Positions 52,851-63,420 of a DNA stretch of 64,000 nucleotides are shown in pieces. The notes under the pieces are model-generated. The model did not search any database. It saw nothing but the letters and a program-made list of their open reading frames with translations, and was not told the origin of the DNA. Every line of letters begins with the position of its first letter. The stretch's first letter is position 1. Source of the stretch: an uncultured cyanobacterium (GTDB lineage Bacteria > Cyanobacteriota > Cyanobacteriia > Cyanobacteriales > Nostocaceae); assembly GCA_963740315.1 (NCBI GenBank), contig CAVUDP010000001.1:864001-928000 (forward strand), in the 5' to 3' direction. A program made the translations under genes and the position numbers.

Positions 52851-53476
52851 TGTTATTTGTTCCTAAGTTTGATGTACTCAATCAGGCAAATAACACCCCT
52901 CAATCCGTGAATAAATTAGTTCCCTTGGATCTAACTAAACTTGAGCATGACAACATAGCGATTTTCTCAAATTGAATCGCTTCATTGACATAAATTGCCA
53001 ATTGAAAAATACTTAATGTTTAGGTAGGAGCAACTGCTGGCACTTACAAGCTTTAATACGAAGATAATTATTGAGCGGGCTATTTAATAATACTTACAAC
53101 TAAGTAATTAAACTGAAAAGGATATGCACTGAATGTAGGATTTTGGAAACTAATAATCTTTAAACTAAAAACTAATCTTTTCCCTCCTACAATTAACATC
53201 ATAGTAAATAAAACGCGAAAGCAAAGTATCAAATTAAACACTCCCTTTAACGTTTAATTCCGAAAGGCTCTGATTTACTCTATTAGTGTAAAAACATACT
53301 TAATCTCAGTTTACGAGTATAGAAATTGAGCTTTTCCTAAAAGTTGGTAAATCTTGCTGCACTTATACTTGTGAACAAAAAAAATCCAAAAACAATTTTG
53401 TCATATACACTACGTTTGTGAGAAACAATTATGAATTGATTGTTTCTACAAAACTAAAGATGATTGGAAATTAATA

Positions 53477-55213
53477 ATGTTTAGGCGTTTTATAAATCGT
53501 CCGATACCATTAGCATCTGTATTTCTGTGTATTTTCTGTCTGACTTTGATATATGGGTGCTTAGCATCACAACCTGTTGCTGAAGCTTCATCGCTGCTAA
53601 CCGAGCCTTTTCTACAGTTACCAACCGAAAACTCAGTTAAAGTTGTTTGGTTTACCGAGTTTCCTGGCGAGAAAAATATGGTTGCTTACGGTGAAAATCT
53701 TAAACAAACTACCGAGGCAACAACAATTAAATTAAGTCATGCTCGCGAAGATCAAAAATCCAGAGTTGGACAAACTGAAGACAAACAATATCAACAACCA
53801 GTCGATCGCAATATTTGGCGACATGAGGCTGAAGTTACTGGGTTAACTCCGAGTAAAGAAGTTGACTATCAAGTAATTAGCAAACCTGAAAATGGTGGGG
53901 ATGCAAAAAGTCAAATTTATAGCTTGACACCTGCACCTCAACCAGGTAAACCGTTAAAAATTCTGCTTACTTCAGATCATCAGCTTAAACCAATGACGGC
54001 TGCAAATTTACAAAAAGCAAAGGAAACTGCCGGGGATATTGATGCGGTATTTATGGCTGGCGATTTGATTAACATACCAGATAGAGCCAGCGAATGGTTT
54101 GATGATAATCGTGGTGGTGCATTTTTTCCGGCTTTTCAAGGTAGAGCTAATTATCAGATAGATAAAGATGGGGTGAAAACTGGTTATACTGGTGAAGAAA
54201 TTATTCAAGAAGCTCCTCTTTTTACAGCTATTGGCAATCATGAAGTGATGGGAAGAAGAGGTAAAAGTGATAGTTTGGGTGATGAATATAACGATGCAAT
54301 TCCTCGTGCAGTTGCTAAAGATTTGTACGGTGAATCATCTTTATCAGCCAATTCTTTTAATACCGATACCTACGAAGAAATATTTAGTTTACCTGAAAGT
54401 AAATCGGGGGGAGAAAAGTATTATGCCACAACTTTCGGTGATGTGCGTTTGATAGTACTTTATGCGACAAATATCTGGCGAGTTCCTAGTTTGGAACCAG
54501 ATGCAAAAGGTAAATATCGCGAAAGAGAAGCCGATTTTGATAACCCAGAAAACAGAGGTTACGGACAGCATATTTTTGAACCAATTGATAAAGTTAGCCC
54601 CCAATATAATTGGTTAGTTGAAGAATTAAATAGTCCGGAATTTAAACAAGCCAAATACAAAGTTGTCATGTTCCATCATCCGGTTCACTCTTTAGGAGAA
54701 AATATTGTTCCGGCTTACACAAATCCCGTGGAGACAATTGAAAAAGATGATAGCGGTAAAATCACAAATATAAGTTACGAATATCCTCTTGAACAAGATT
54801 ACTTAATTCGGGATATTGTACCTTTATTAGAAAAGAATAACGTGCAGCTAGTATATTACGGACATTCCCACTTATGGAATCGATTTCGGAGTGAATCGGG
54901 AACGAATTTTTTAGAATCATCAAATGTTGGTAACAGTTACGGTGCTTTTGTGGGCGATAAAAAACGCAACGTACCTCAAGCATACAAAGAAAAGTATGTT
55001 GAAACAGGCAACCCGAACGGTTTAGAACCGATAATGCCATCAATTAAACCATTAACTGGCGAAGATGGTAAACCTATTCCTTATATTGCCAGTAATGAGA
55101 TTACCGTATTTAGTATTTTAGATACGGGCAATGGTACGGTTGATAGTTACTATTTCGATACTACTAAACCGGAAGAGAAAGTAGTTAAGTTTGATGAATT
55201 TGAGTTGAAATAA
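53477..55213 (+). CDS. Secreted metallophosphoesterase (purple acid phosphatase-like)
   Basis: SDHQ, GDL, GNHE, FHHP, GHSH; FN3-like N-terminus. Confidence 0.9.
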   Translation: MFRRFINRPIPLASVFLCIFCLTLIYGCLASQPVAEASSLLTEPFLQLPTENSVKVVWFTEFPGEKNMVAYGENLKQTTEATTIKLSHAREDQKSRVGQTEDKQYQQPVDRNIWRHEAEVTGLTPSKEVDYQVISKPENGGDAKSQIYSLTPAPQPGKPLKILLTSDHQLKPMTAANLQKAKETAGDIDAVFMAGDLINIPDRASEWFDDNRGGAFFPAFQGRANYQIDKDGVKTGYTGEEIIQEAPLFTAIGNHEVMGRRGKSDSLGDEYNDAIPRAVAKDLYGESSLSANSFNTDTYEEIFSLPESKSGGEKYYATTFGDVRLIVLYATNIWRVPSLEPDAKGKYREREADFDNPENRGYGQHIFEPIDKVSPQYNWLVEELNSPEFKQAKYKVVMFHHPVHSLGENIVPAYTNPVETIEKDDSGKITNISYEYPLEQDYLIRDIVPLLEKNNVQLVYYGHSHLWNRFRSESGTNFLESSNVGNSYGAFVGDKKRNVPQAYKEKYVETGNPNGLEPIMPSIKPLTGEDGKPIPYIASNEITVFSILDTGNGTVDSYYFDTTKPEEKVVKFDEFELK

Positions 55214-55240
55214 CAGATAAATAATGTAGAGACGTAAAAT

Positions 55241-55417
55241 TTTACGTCTCCTCGAATCTAAATAATAACGAGTTAATTAGGATTTACGTCTCCTCGAATC
55301 TAAATAATAACGAGTTAATTAGGATTTACGTCTCCCTAAATTTAAATAATAACGAGTTAATTAGGATTTACGTCTCCCTAAATTTAAATAATAACGAGTT
55401 AATTAGGATTTACGTCT
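55241..55417. repeat. 42-bp tandem repeat x4 plus a partial copy
   Basis: TTTACGTCTCC(TCG/CTA)AAT(C/T)TAAATAATAACGAGTTAATTAGGA at 55241, 55283, 55325, 55367. Confidence 0.95.
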
Positions 55418-55643
55418 TTGTTTAGAACAAATTAATTATTTTAGACGTTAAGATCCCCCCAACCCCCCTTGGCAAGGGGGGCTTTTTATTAAAAATTTAC
55501 CTCAAAAAAATTAAAAAAAACGCTCAGAGGTAAGTTTAAGAATAGTGTCTCTACAAGATTATTTTAGATAAATATCAAATTAACTTTAATTTTAAAGCTA
55601 TACCTGGGAATCATATATAAGTCAGGCACTACCGTTTTTATAT

Positions 55644-58178
55644 ATGTTTGTCACGTCAATCGAAAAATATCTTCAAACTTCTAGCTGGTTGGGAATCTTA
55701 GCAATTTCGTTTTTACAAGTTCCAGCTTACGCTCAACGAGTGGTTGAAGATGGAACTTTACCTACTCGTGTTAAAACTACAGATAATCTCAATTTTACGA
55801 TTGATAGTATTAATAATAAAAACCGTGTAGGAAACAATTTATTTCACAGTTTTAAAGAGTTTTCCATTCCTACAGATGGCTCTGCGGTTTTCAATAATCC
55901 TACAGATGTAGTTAACATAATTAATCGGGTAACTGGTGGCAATATTTCCAATATTGATGGGTTAATTAAAGCTAACGGCAATGCAAATTTATTTTTGATT
56001 AATCCTGTGGGGATTGTATTTGGTAAAGATGCTCGTTTAGATATCGGCGGTTCGTTTTTTGGAAGTACTGCTAATAGTATAAAGTTTGCTGATGGTGAAT
56101 TTAGCGCGATCGATACCACAACAGAGCCGCTATTAAGTATTAACGTTCCTTTAGGTTTGCAGATGGGGAGTAATTCTGGAGGAATTGAAGTACAAGGTGA
56201 TGGTTACGCTAATACGAATAATGATAGCAGCAAGGGTTTACGAGTTAAATCAGGAAATACTTTGGGTTTAGTTGGCGGCAAAGTTTCTTTAAATGGAGGT
56301 ATAGTAACGGCATCTGGAATTGAGTTGGGAGGAGTAAATTCCGGTTTAGTTAATATTAATTCAATTTCAGAATCAATTTTAAATTACGATAACGTAGAAA
56401 ATTTTGGCGATATCAAGCTTTATAAAATGGCTTTAGCAGATGCAAGTGGTGAGGAAAGCGGTTCGATTCAATTACAAGCAAGAAATATTGCGATCGAAGA
56501 TGGTTCAAAAGTTTTTGTGCAAAGTCGCGGTAAGACATCGGGAGGGGATATTATTGCCACTGCAACTGATTCAATTGAAGTAGTAGGAAGCAGTTCAGAT
56601 GGAAATTTTGTTAGTACATTTTTAACCGAAACTACTAATGCTGCAAATTCAGCAAAAATTAAAATTACAACTCCAAGTTTACTTGTTTCTCAAGGTGGCA
56701 GAATAACTACTCAAACTTTTAGTTCTGGAAGAGGAGGGGATATTACTATAAATGCTTCCGAATTGATACAAATTAGTGAATCTTCTACGATCGCTCCTAG
56801 TAATGACAGTGAAATTTCTACCCTAAGTTTTAATTCCGGTGCTGCTGGAAATATTAATATTTTAACCAAACAGTTTTCGATTTTAGGTCAAGACGTTCAA
56901 TCTAGAAACTTTGGTATTAGCGATGGTGGAAATATTTCGGTGTCAGCAGATAACTTGACGATTCTCGATGGTGGAGGAATTGCTTCTTTAACTTTAGGAA
57001 ATGGTTCCGGAGGAGATGTCAAAATTGATGCCAAATCTATTCATTTAACAGGTTTGAATTTGGATACTTTTACACCCAGCGTTTTGAGTGCTGCAACACT
57101 TGGAATTGGAAACGCAGGTAATTTAACTGTTAATACTCAAAGCTTGGTAGTTCAAGATGGTGGTAGAGTTGATTCTTCCACCGTGGCTTCTGGTAAAGCG
57201 GGAAGCGTAACCGTCAATGCTACAGATTTTATCGAGATTAAGGGTACCGTACCGGGTTCGGTGAATCCTAGTTTAATCATTTCTAGCGCCAATATTGTCG
57301 ATGAATCCTTGCAACAACTTTTCGGATTACCTGCTATGCCCACCGGAGATTCCGGAAATGTGAGTATTAATACGCCTATTTTAAAAGTTTCTGATGGTGC
57401 AGAAGTAACGGTAAGGAATGATGGAACTGGTAAAGGTGGAATATTAGATATTAATGCTAAAATAATTCGACTTAACAATAAGGGAAAAATTACCGCATCA
57501 ACTCAATCTGGTGGAGGTGGTAATATTGATTTGCAAGTTAAAGATGGTTTAATTCTTAAAAATCAAAGTCTTATTTCTGCTGAAGCTGGCGGTACGGGTA
57601 ACGGTGGAAATATTAATATCAATTCTCCGGTAATTGCAGGTGTGGAAAACAGCGATATTATTGCTAATGCCCTACAAGGTAATGGTGGAAATATCAATAT
57701 TAATACGAGCGGTTTATTCGGTTTGCAGTTCCGAGATGAGTTAACTTTCTTCAGTGATATTACTGCTAGTTCTAAATTTGGCGTTAACGGTACTGTAGAA
57801 ATTAATAACCCGGCAATCGATCCTAGTTCAAATTTAGTAAAATTACCAATGGAAGTAGTTGATAGCAGTCAACAAATGAAGAGTGGATGTAGTGCGAATC
57901 AAGGAAACAGTTTTACGGTTGTCGGTAAAGGTGGTTTACCTACAAATCCCGCAGATGTAATTACAAATGTAAATTTATGGGACGATTTGCGGAATTTTAA
58001 TCCTATTAGTAGCGGTAAAAGAACAAGTATTCAAGTCAATAATGATTCTCTCATAAAAATAGTTGAAGCTACTGGTTGGGTTGTTGATGAAGAAGGAAAT
58101 ATTGAATTTGTTGCTGAATCTGGTAATCGGGATAGTTGGGAAAATGCAAGTAATTGTAAAGGGGAAATAATTAATTAG
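55644..58178 (+). CDS. Filamentous haemagglutinin N-terminal (TPS) domain protein 1
   Basis: NLFHSF, IINRVTGG.SNIDG, NLFLINP, beta-helix repeats, IVEATGW. Confidence 0.92.
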   Translation: MFVTSIEKYLQTSSWLGILAISFLQVPAYAQRVVEDGTLPTRVKTTDNLNFTIDSINNKNRVGNNLFHSFKEFSIPTDGSAVFNNPTDVVNIINRVTGGNISNIDGLIKANGNANLFLINPVGIVFGKDARLDIGGSFFGSTANSIKFADGEFSAIDTTTEPLLSINVPLGLQMGSNSGGIEVQGDGYANTNNDSSKGLRVKSGNTLGLVGGKVSLNGGIVTASGIELGGVNSGLVNINSISESILNYDNVENFGDIKLYKMALADASGEESGSIQLQARNIAIEDGSKVFVQSRGKTSGGDIIATATDSIEVVGSSSDGNFVSTFLTETTNAANSAKIKITTPSLLVSQGGRITTQTFSSGRGGDITINASELIQISESSTIAPSNDSEISTLSFNSGAAGNINILTKQFSILGQDVQSRNFGISDGGNISVSADNLTILDGGGIASLTLGNGSGGDVKIDAKSIHLTGLNLDTFTPSVLSAATLGIGNAGNLTVNTQSLVVQDGGRVDSSTVASGKAGSVTVNATDFIEIKGTVPGSVNPSLIISSANIVDESLQQLFGLPAMPTGDSGNVSINTPILKVSDGAEVTVRNDGTGKGGILDINAKIIRLNNKGKITASTQSGGGGNIDLQVKDGLILKNQSLISAEAGGTGNGGNININSPVIAGVENSDIIANALQGNGGNININTSGLFGLQFRDELTFFSDITASSKFGVNGTVEINNPAIDPSSNLVKLPMEVVDSSQQMKSGCSANQGNSFTVVGKGGLPTNPADVITNVNLWDDLRNFNPISSGKRTSIQVNNDSLIKIVEATGWVVDEEGNIEFVAESGNRDSWENASNCKGEIIN

Positions 58179-58286
58179 TAGTAAAATAGGGTGCCTTAAC
58201 GTACTCCATAAAAATATTTTACGCAATCTTCAATTTCCAACTCACACCTGGGAACCATATATAAAAGTCAAATACTAACTTTATAT

Positions 58287-60848
58287 ATGTTTATCCCTTC
58301 ATTCAAAAAATATCTTCAAACTTCTAGCTGTTTAGGAATCCTAGCGATCGCCTTTTTACAAACCCCAGCTTATGCCCAACGAGTAATTGAAGATGGTACC
58401 TTACCAACTCGCGTCAACAGTACGGATAATCTCAATTTTACGATTGATAGTATTAACAATCGCAACCGCGTGGGAAACAATTTATTTCACAGTTTTAAAG
58501 AATTTTCAATTCCTACAGGTGGCTCTGCGGTTTTCAATAATTCTACAGATGTAGTTAACATAATTAATCGGGTAACTGGCGGCAGTATTTCTAATATTGA
58601 CGGGTTAATTAAAGCCAACGGTAATGCAAATTTATTTTTGATTAATCCTGCGGGAATAATATTTGGTGAAAATGCTCGTTTGGAAATCGGCGGTTCGTTT
58701 TTTGGAAGTACTGCACAGAGTATAAAGTTTGCTGATGGTGAATTTAGCGCGATCGCAACGACAACACCACCAATATTAAGTATTAATGTTCCTTTAGGCT
58801 TGCAGATGGGGGCTAATTCAGCAGCGATTGAAGTACAAGGTGATGGTTATAATTCTACTTCTAATGATATCAATCCATTTAGTCCTTTTATTTTTACCAG
58901 TTTTGATGGTTTGCGAGTAAAGCCGGGAAACACTTTAGCTTTAATTGGTGGTGAGATTTCTTTAAATGGAGGTATGGTAGCCGCAGATTTAGGAAAAGTT
59001 GAGTTAGGAGCCGTGAAATCCGGTTTAGTTAATATTAATTCAACTACGCAAGGTTGGAATTTCGATTACAAAGGGTTGCAAAATTTTGGCGATATCAAGT
59101 TTAATTCTAAAGCTTTAGTAGATGCGAGTGATTCGATTCAATTGCAAGGACGAAATATTTTTATCCGTGACGGTTCAAAAGTCTTTATGCAAAATCGGGG
59201 TAAGACAGGGGAAGGAATTGAAGTAAATGCAAAAGAATCAATTGAATTAATCGGAACTACTCCAGATGGAAATTTGGGAAGTGCAGTGTTAACTCAAAAT
59301 TTAAGAATAGGAAATGCGGCAAAAATTGCTATTTCAAGTCCGCGTTTACTTGTTTCTCAAGGTGCAGGAATAACTACTCAAACTTATAATTTTGCACAAG
59401 GAGGTGATATTAATATAGATGCTTCCGAATCTATACAAATCAGCGAATTATCGCCTATTAATCCGAGACTTTTTAGTCGAATCAATACTAAAAGTTTAAA
59501 TTCTGGTGCTGCTGGAGATATTAATATTTCAACTAAACAGTTATCGCTCTTAGGTCAAAACATCATTTCTGTTAACTACGCTACCAGTAATGGTGGAAAT
59601 GTTAAGGTGGCGACAGAAAAATTGACAATTCTCGATGGCGGAATATTAGGAACTGCAACTTTTGGAATTGGTTTAGGAGGAGATGTAAAGGTTGATGCGA
59701 AATCCATTGAACTAATAGGCACGAATTTTAATTTTTTTAGGTCTAGTAGCTTGAGTGCTGCAACAATAGGAATGGGAAACGCGGGTAATTTAACTGTTAA
59801 TACCCAAAGCTTGATACTTGAAAATGGTGGTAGGGTTGATTCTTCTACACTTGCTTCTGGTGCTGCGGGAAGCGTAACCGTCAATGCTTCAGATTTTGTA
59901 GAGGTAAGCGGTACCGTACCGGGTTCGATCAATCCTAGTTTAATTATTTCCAGCGCCAATATTGTGGATGAATCCTCACAACAGTTTTTTGGATCGCCTG
60001 GTATCCTCAGCGGAGATTCAGGAAATGTAGATATTAAAACGCCGATTTTAAGAGTTAACAATGGTGGGGAAGTGACGGTAAGAAATGATGGAATTGGTAA
60101 AGGTGGAATCTTAAATATAAATGCTAAAATAATTCGACTTAACAATAAGGGAAAAATCACCGCGTCAACTCAATCTGGTGGAGGTGGTAATATTGATTTA
60201 CAACTTAAAGATGGTTTAATTCTCAGAAATCAAAGTCTTATTTCTGCTGAAGCTAGGGGTACGGGTGATGGTGGTAATATTAATATTAACTCTCCGGTAA
60301 TTGCAGGTGTAGAAAACAGCGATATTATTGCTAATGCCGTGCAAGGTGATGGGGGAAATATCAATATTAATACTCAAGGATTATTCGGTTTACAGTTCCG
60401 AGATGAGTTAACTACAGATTCGGATATTACTGCTAGTTCAAGATTTGGCGTTAACGGTACTGTCGAAATTAATAACCCGGCAATTGACCCTAGTTCCAGC
60501 TTGACACAATTACCAACTGATGTAGTTGATAGCAGTCAAGAAGTAGCGAGTGGATGTAGTGCGAATCAAGGAAATAGTTTTACGGTTGTTGGTAAAGGTG
60601 GTTTAGCAGCAAATCCCGCAGATGTAATTACAAACATAAGTTTATGGAACGATTTACGCGATTTAAGTGTTATTAATAATGGTAAAAAAGGAAATATTCA
60701 AGTTAAGAATGATTCTCCAAGAAAAATAGTTGAAGCTACTGGTTGGGTTGTTGATGAAGAAGGGAATATTGAATTTGTTGCTCAATCTGGTAATCGTGAT
60801 AGTTGGCAAAATACGAGTAATTGTAAGGGGGAAGTAGAGGGTGTTTGA
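58287..60848 (+). CDS. Filamentous haemagglutinin N-terminal (TPS) domain protein 2
   Basis: Tandem paralog with the same motifs (NPAG). Confidence 0.92.
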   Translation: MFIPSFKKYLQTSSCLGILAIAFLQTPAYAQRVIEDGTLPTRVNSTDNLNFTIDSINNRNRVGNNLFHSFKEFSIPTGGSAVFNNSTDVVNIINRVTGGSISNIDGLIKANGNANLFLINPAGIIFGENARLEIGGSFFGSTAQSIKFADGEFSAIATTTPPILSINVPLGLQMGANSAAIEVQGDGYNSTSNDINPFSPFIFTSFDGLRVKPGNTLALIGGEISLNGGMVAADLGKVELGAVKSGLVNINSTTQGWNFDYKGLQNFGDIKFNSKALVDASDSIQLQGRNIFIRDGSKVFMQNRGKTGEGIEVNAKESIELIGTTPDGNLGSAVLTQNLRIGNAAKIAISSPRLLVSQGAGITTQTYNFAQGGDINIDASESIQISELSPINPRLFSRINTKSLNSGAAGDINISTKQLSLLGQNIISVNYATSNGGNVKVATEKLTILDGGILGTATFGIGLGGDVKVDAKSIELIGTNFNFFRSSSLSAATIGMGNAGNLTVNTQSLILENGGRVDSSTLASGAAGSVTVNASDFVEVSGTVPGSINPSLIISSANIVDESSQQFFGSPGILSGDSGNVDIKTPILRVNNGGEVTVRNDGIGKGGILNINAKIIRLNNKGKITASTQSGGGGNIDLQLKDGLILRNQSLISAEARGTGDGGNININSPVIAGVENSDIIANAVQGDGGNININTQGLFGLQFRDELTTDSDITASSRFGVNGTVEINNPAIDPSSSLTQLPTDVVDSSQEVASGCSANQGNSFTVVGKGGLAANPADVITNISLWNDLRDLSVINNGKKGNIQVKNDSPRKIVEATGWVVDEEGNIEFVAQSGNRDSWQNTSNCKGEVEGV

Positions 60849-60961
60849 TAATTTACCCGGCGCTTTGTTACCGCTTCTACACAAGCGAAACCGGACGACC
60901 TGGGTTTACGATTACATTTCCTGGTGGTTGGGAACGCGATCGCAAAATAATTAATTTAAAA

Positions 60962-61747
60962 TCAATCTAATGTTTGTTTTTTCAACAATTCTTTTACCCA
61001 GGTAGCATCAGTTTCTGTAAGTGGTGGTACTGGTTCGCGAGTATAATCAATTGCTAAATCAAAACCAGCCCTTTCATAAACTCCATTGATTAATTCTTGC
61101 AAGTTTACTATCGGTTCGCGATCGCCTTGACGTAGAGGTAAAGGAAAAGATGGTATAGCTTCTTGTAATTCAAAGGGGTACAATTCAGCTTGCGGACGAT
61201 ATTCGCTACGACTTAGCAAAATGCGATAAGTTGATTTAATTTGCTCGTTTTCTAAAATCGGCATGGGTTTTCCGGAACGCAGCAAGTCAATTTCTACTAA
61301 ATGAGATAAGCTAGCCAAAATTTTCTGACGCTTTTTCTGATATGCGTTTTTACCTTCTCCAGCACGCTTATTTTTTGGTGAAAGCACTTCTATTACCGTT
61401 ACAACTTCTCCAGTTCCCACTTCTCGCACTTCTAGATATCCTTCTCGCACTTCTTCCGGCATGGAAAGAGTAACATTTACAGGTTTCGCTGGCGGTGATG
61501 CAACTGCAATATTAGATGAATCATCCCGTGTTTTTGTAGAACTCGACACGCTAACATCAGGAATACCAACTAAAATTGTGTTTTCATCTGTCATTTGATA
61601 TACCCTTTTCTCAACTGCTACGCGATATTTTGGACGGAGTTGGGGAGCTATAGCATCTGCGATCGCAATTATTAGCCTGCTATGAACTTCAGCCCAGAGT
61701 TCGGGATTTTCTAGATAAGGATTCATTCCTGGGAATGGAGAAGGCAT
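60962..61747 (-). CDS. DUF4058 family protein
   Basis: MPSPFPGMNPYLE, PDV, VIEVLSPKNK, HLVEIDLLRSG. Confidence 0.9.
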   Translation of the reverse strand: MPSPFPGMNPYLENPELWAEVHSRLIIAIADAIAPQLRPKYRVAVEKRVYQMTDENTILVGIPDVSVSSSTKTRDDSSNIAVASPPAKPVNVTLSMPEEVREGYLEVREVGTGEVVTVIEVLSPKNKRAGEGKNAYQKKRQKILASLSHLVEIDLLRSGKPMPILENEQIKSTYRILLSRSEYRPQAELYPFELQEAIPSFPLPLRQGDREPIVNLQELINGVYERAGFDLAIDYTREPVPPLTETDATWVKELLKKQTLD

Positions 61748-62016
61748 GGTGATTTTGGATTTTCTTAAATTAGGGTTCTATTAATTTTATGTTAACAATT
61801 TCGGAAGATTGACGTTGTTAAAATATGCGTGTTAAACCGACATTAATGTAGAGACGTTGCAGTGCAACGTCTTCCTGTATTTTGAGCGTTATTTAGAATT
61901 GGGGAAAATAGTTTTAAAACACTAATCTTGTGAGAAATGTTGCGGAAGGGATATTTGTTAAATCGAAATATTGCAGGAGACGTAGCAGTGCTACGTCTCT
62001 ACATTATTGTGATTAT

Positions 62017-62850
62017 TTACAGTTTGCCGGTGAATACTTTTTCGGCTGGTCCACTCATGTAGATTCGTTGGTCATCTGACCATTCTATTAGTAATAGTCC
62101 TCCGGGAAGTTCTACGGTAGCTTTGCGATCGCATTTCCCGTTCAATACTCCAGCTACTAAGGAAGCACAAGCACCAGTACCGCAGGCTAATGTTATACCT
62201 GCGCCGCGTTCCCATACTCGCATTTTTACGTAGTTGGAACTGACAATTTGAATAAATTCAGTGTTGATTCTTTCGGGGAAAGCTGGGTGATTTTCAAACT
62301 GAGGACCGATTTTTTCTAACTCAATGGCTGCAACGTCTTCTACAAAGGTAATGCAGTGCGGATTACCCATATTTACACAGGTAACATCCCAAGATTTACC
62401 CGCTATTTCCACCGTTTGATTAATTACCTTTTCATTTTCACCGGCAAGAGTAGTAGGAATTTCACCAGCAGTCAATCTAGGATTCCCCATATCAACTTTA
62501 ATTTGACCGTCAGCCATTAATTGAGGCGCGATCGTACCAGCTAAAGTATGAATGCTGTACTTATCGCTTTTCGCGTCTCCTTCCAACTCAGCCAAAAAAG
62601 CAGCCATACAGCGAATACCATTACCGCACATTTCCGGTTCCGAACCATCGGAGTTAAAAATCCGCATCGTATAGTCAGTACCATTTTGACCGGGCAAGGC
62701 AAAAATGACACCATCAGCACCGATACCAAAATGGCGATCGCACAATTTAACTGCTTGGTCTGGAGTAACCGCCGGTTCTGAACTTGAGCGATTATCAATC
62801 AAAATAAAATCGTTACCTAAACCATGATACTTAGTAAAATCAATTGCCAT
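62017..62850 (-). CDS. dapF: Diaminopimelate epimerase
   Basis: [35 protein letters not shown]. Confidence 0.98.
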   Translation of the reverse strand: MAIDFTKYHGLGNDFILIDNRSSSEPAVTPDQAVKLCDRHFGIGADGVIFALPGQNGTDYTMRIFNSDGSEPEMCGNGIRCMAAFLAELEGDAKSDKYSIHTLAGTIAPQLMADGQIKVDMGNPRLTAGEIPTTLAGENEKVINQTVEIAGKSWDVTCVNMGNPHCITFVEDVAAIELEKIGPQFENHPAFPERINTEFIQIVSSNYVKMRVWERGAGITLACGTGACASLVAGVLNGKCDRKATVELPGGLLLIEWSDDQRIYMSGPAEKVFTGKL

Positions 62851-63024
62851 TTGTTCTATGAATGAATTATTACAGTAAAAGAAATAGTGAGGAGTGAGGA
62901 GTTAGGAATTAGGAGTTAGGAATTAGGAGTTAGCAGTTAATTTTTCTACCCCCTCTTCCCCCTCTTCCCCCTCTTCCTCCTCTCCTCTTCCTAACTAATT
63001 TACATTCATACATCATTACGAAAA

Positions 63025-63240
63025 ATGTTGACACAATTCGATACCTCATTACCCAGCATCAAGCAAGTTCAAAGGTTAATCAAAGAGAAAACCTCAATTG
63101 AATTAAAGCTGATAACCGGCGACACGATCGCGGGACAATTATTATGGCAAGACTTAGAGTGTTTTTGCATCATGGCGAACGATAATCAAAAAACCACCGT
63201 CTGGAAGCAAGCGATCGCTTATTTGAAGGTTGGGAGTTAA
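63025..63240 (+). CDS. hfq: Cyanobacterial Hfq-related RNA-binding protein
   Basis: FDTSLPSIKQVQ..ELKLITGD..G.LLWQD..WKQAIAY; divergent from dapF. Confidence 0.9.
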   Translation: MLTQFDTSLPSIKQVQRLIKEKTSIELKLITGDTIAGQLLWQDLECFCIMANDNQKTTVWKQAIAYLKVGS

Positions 63241-63420
63241 GGGGATGGGGGGATGGGGGGATGGGGGGATGGGGAGATGGGGAGATGGGGGGATGGGGGG
63301 ATGGGGTGACAAGGAGATAAAAAGAATTTTAACCTTTAACCTTTAACCTTTAACCTTAATTACTCCCTATTCCCTATTCCCCATTCCCATGCCCAATGCC
63401 CCGTGCCCAATCCCCATTCT
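63241..63420. repeat. STRR tract between convergent genes
   Basis: GGGGATGG, TTAACCT and CCCTATT units. Confidence 0.9.

Noticed and set aside
55241..55417. CRISPR array
   Set aside because: Head-to-tail repeats without unique spacers; no cas genes in the window
59576..60160. 194-aa antisense ORF and other shadow ORFs (e.g. 52468-52866, 57152-57478)
   Set aside because: Antisense to well-supported genes, with no recognisable motifs
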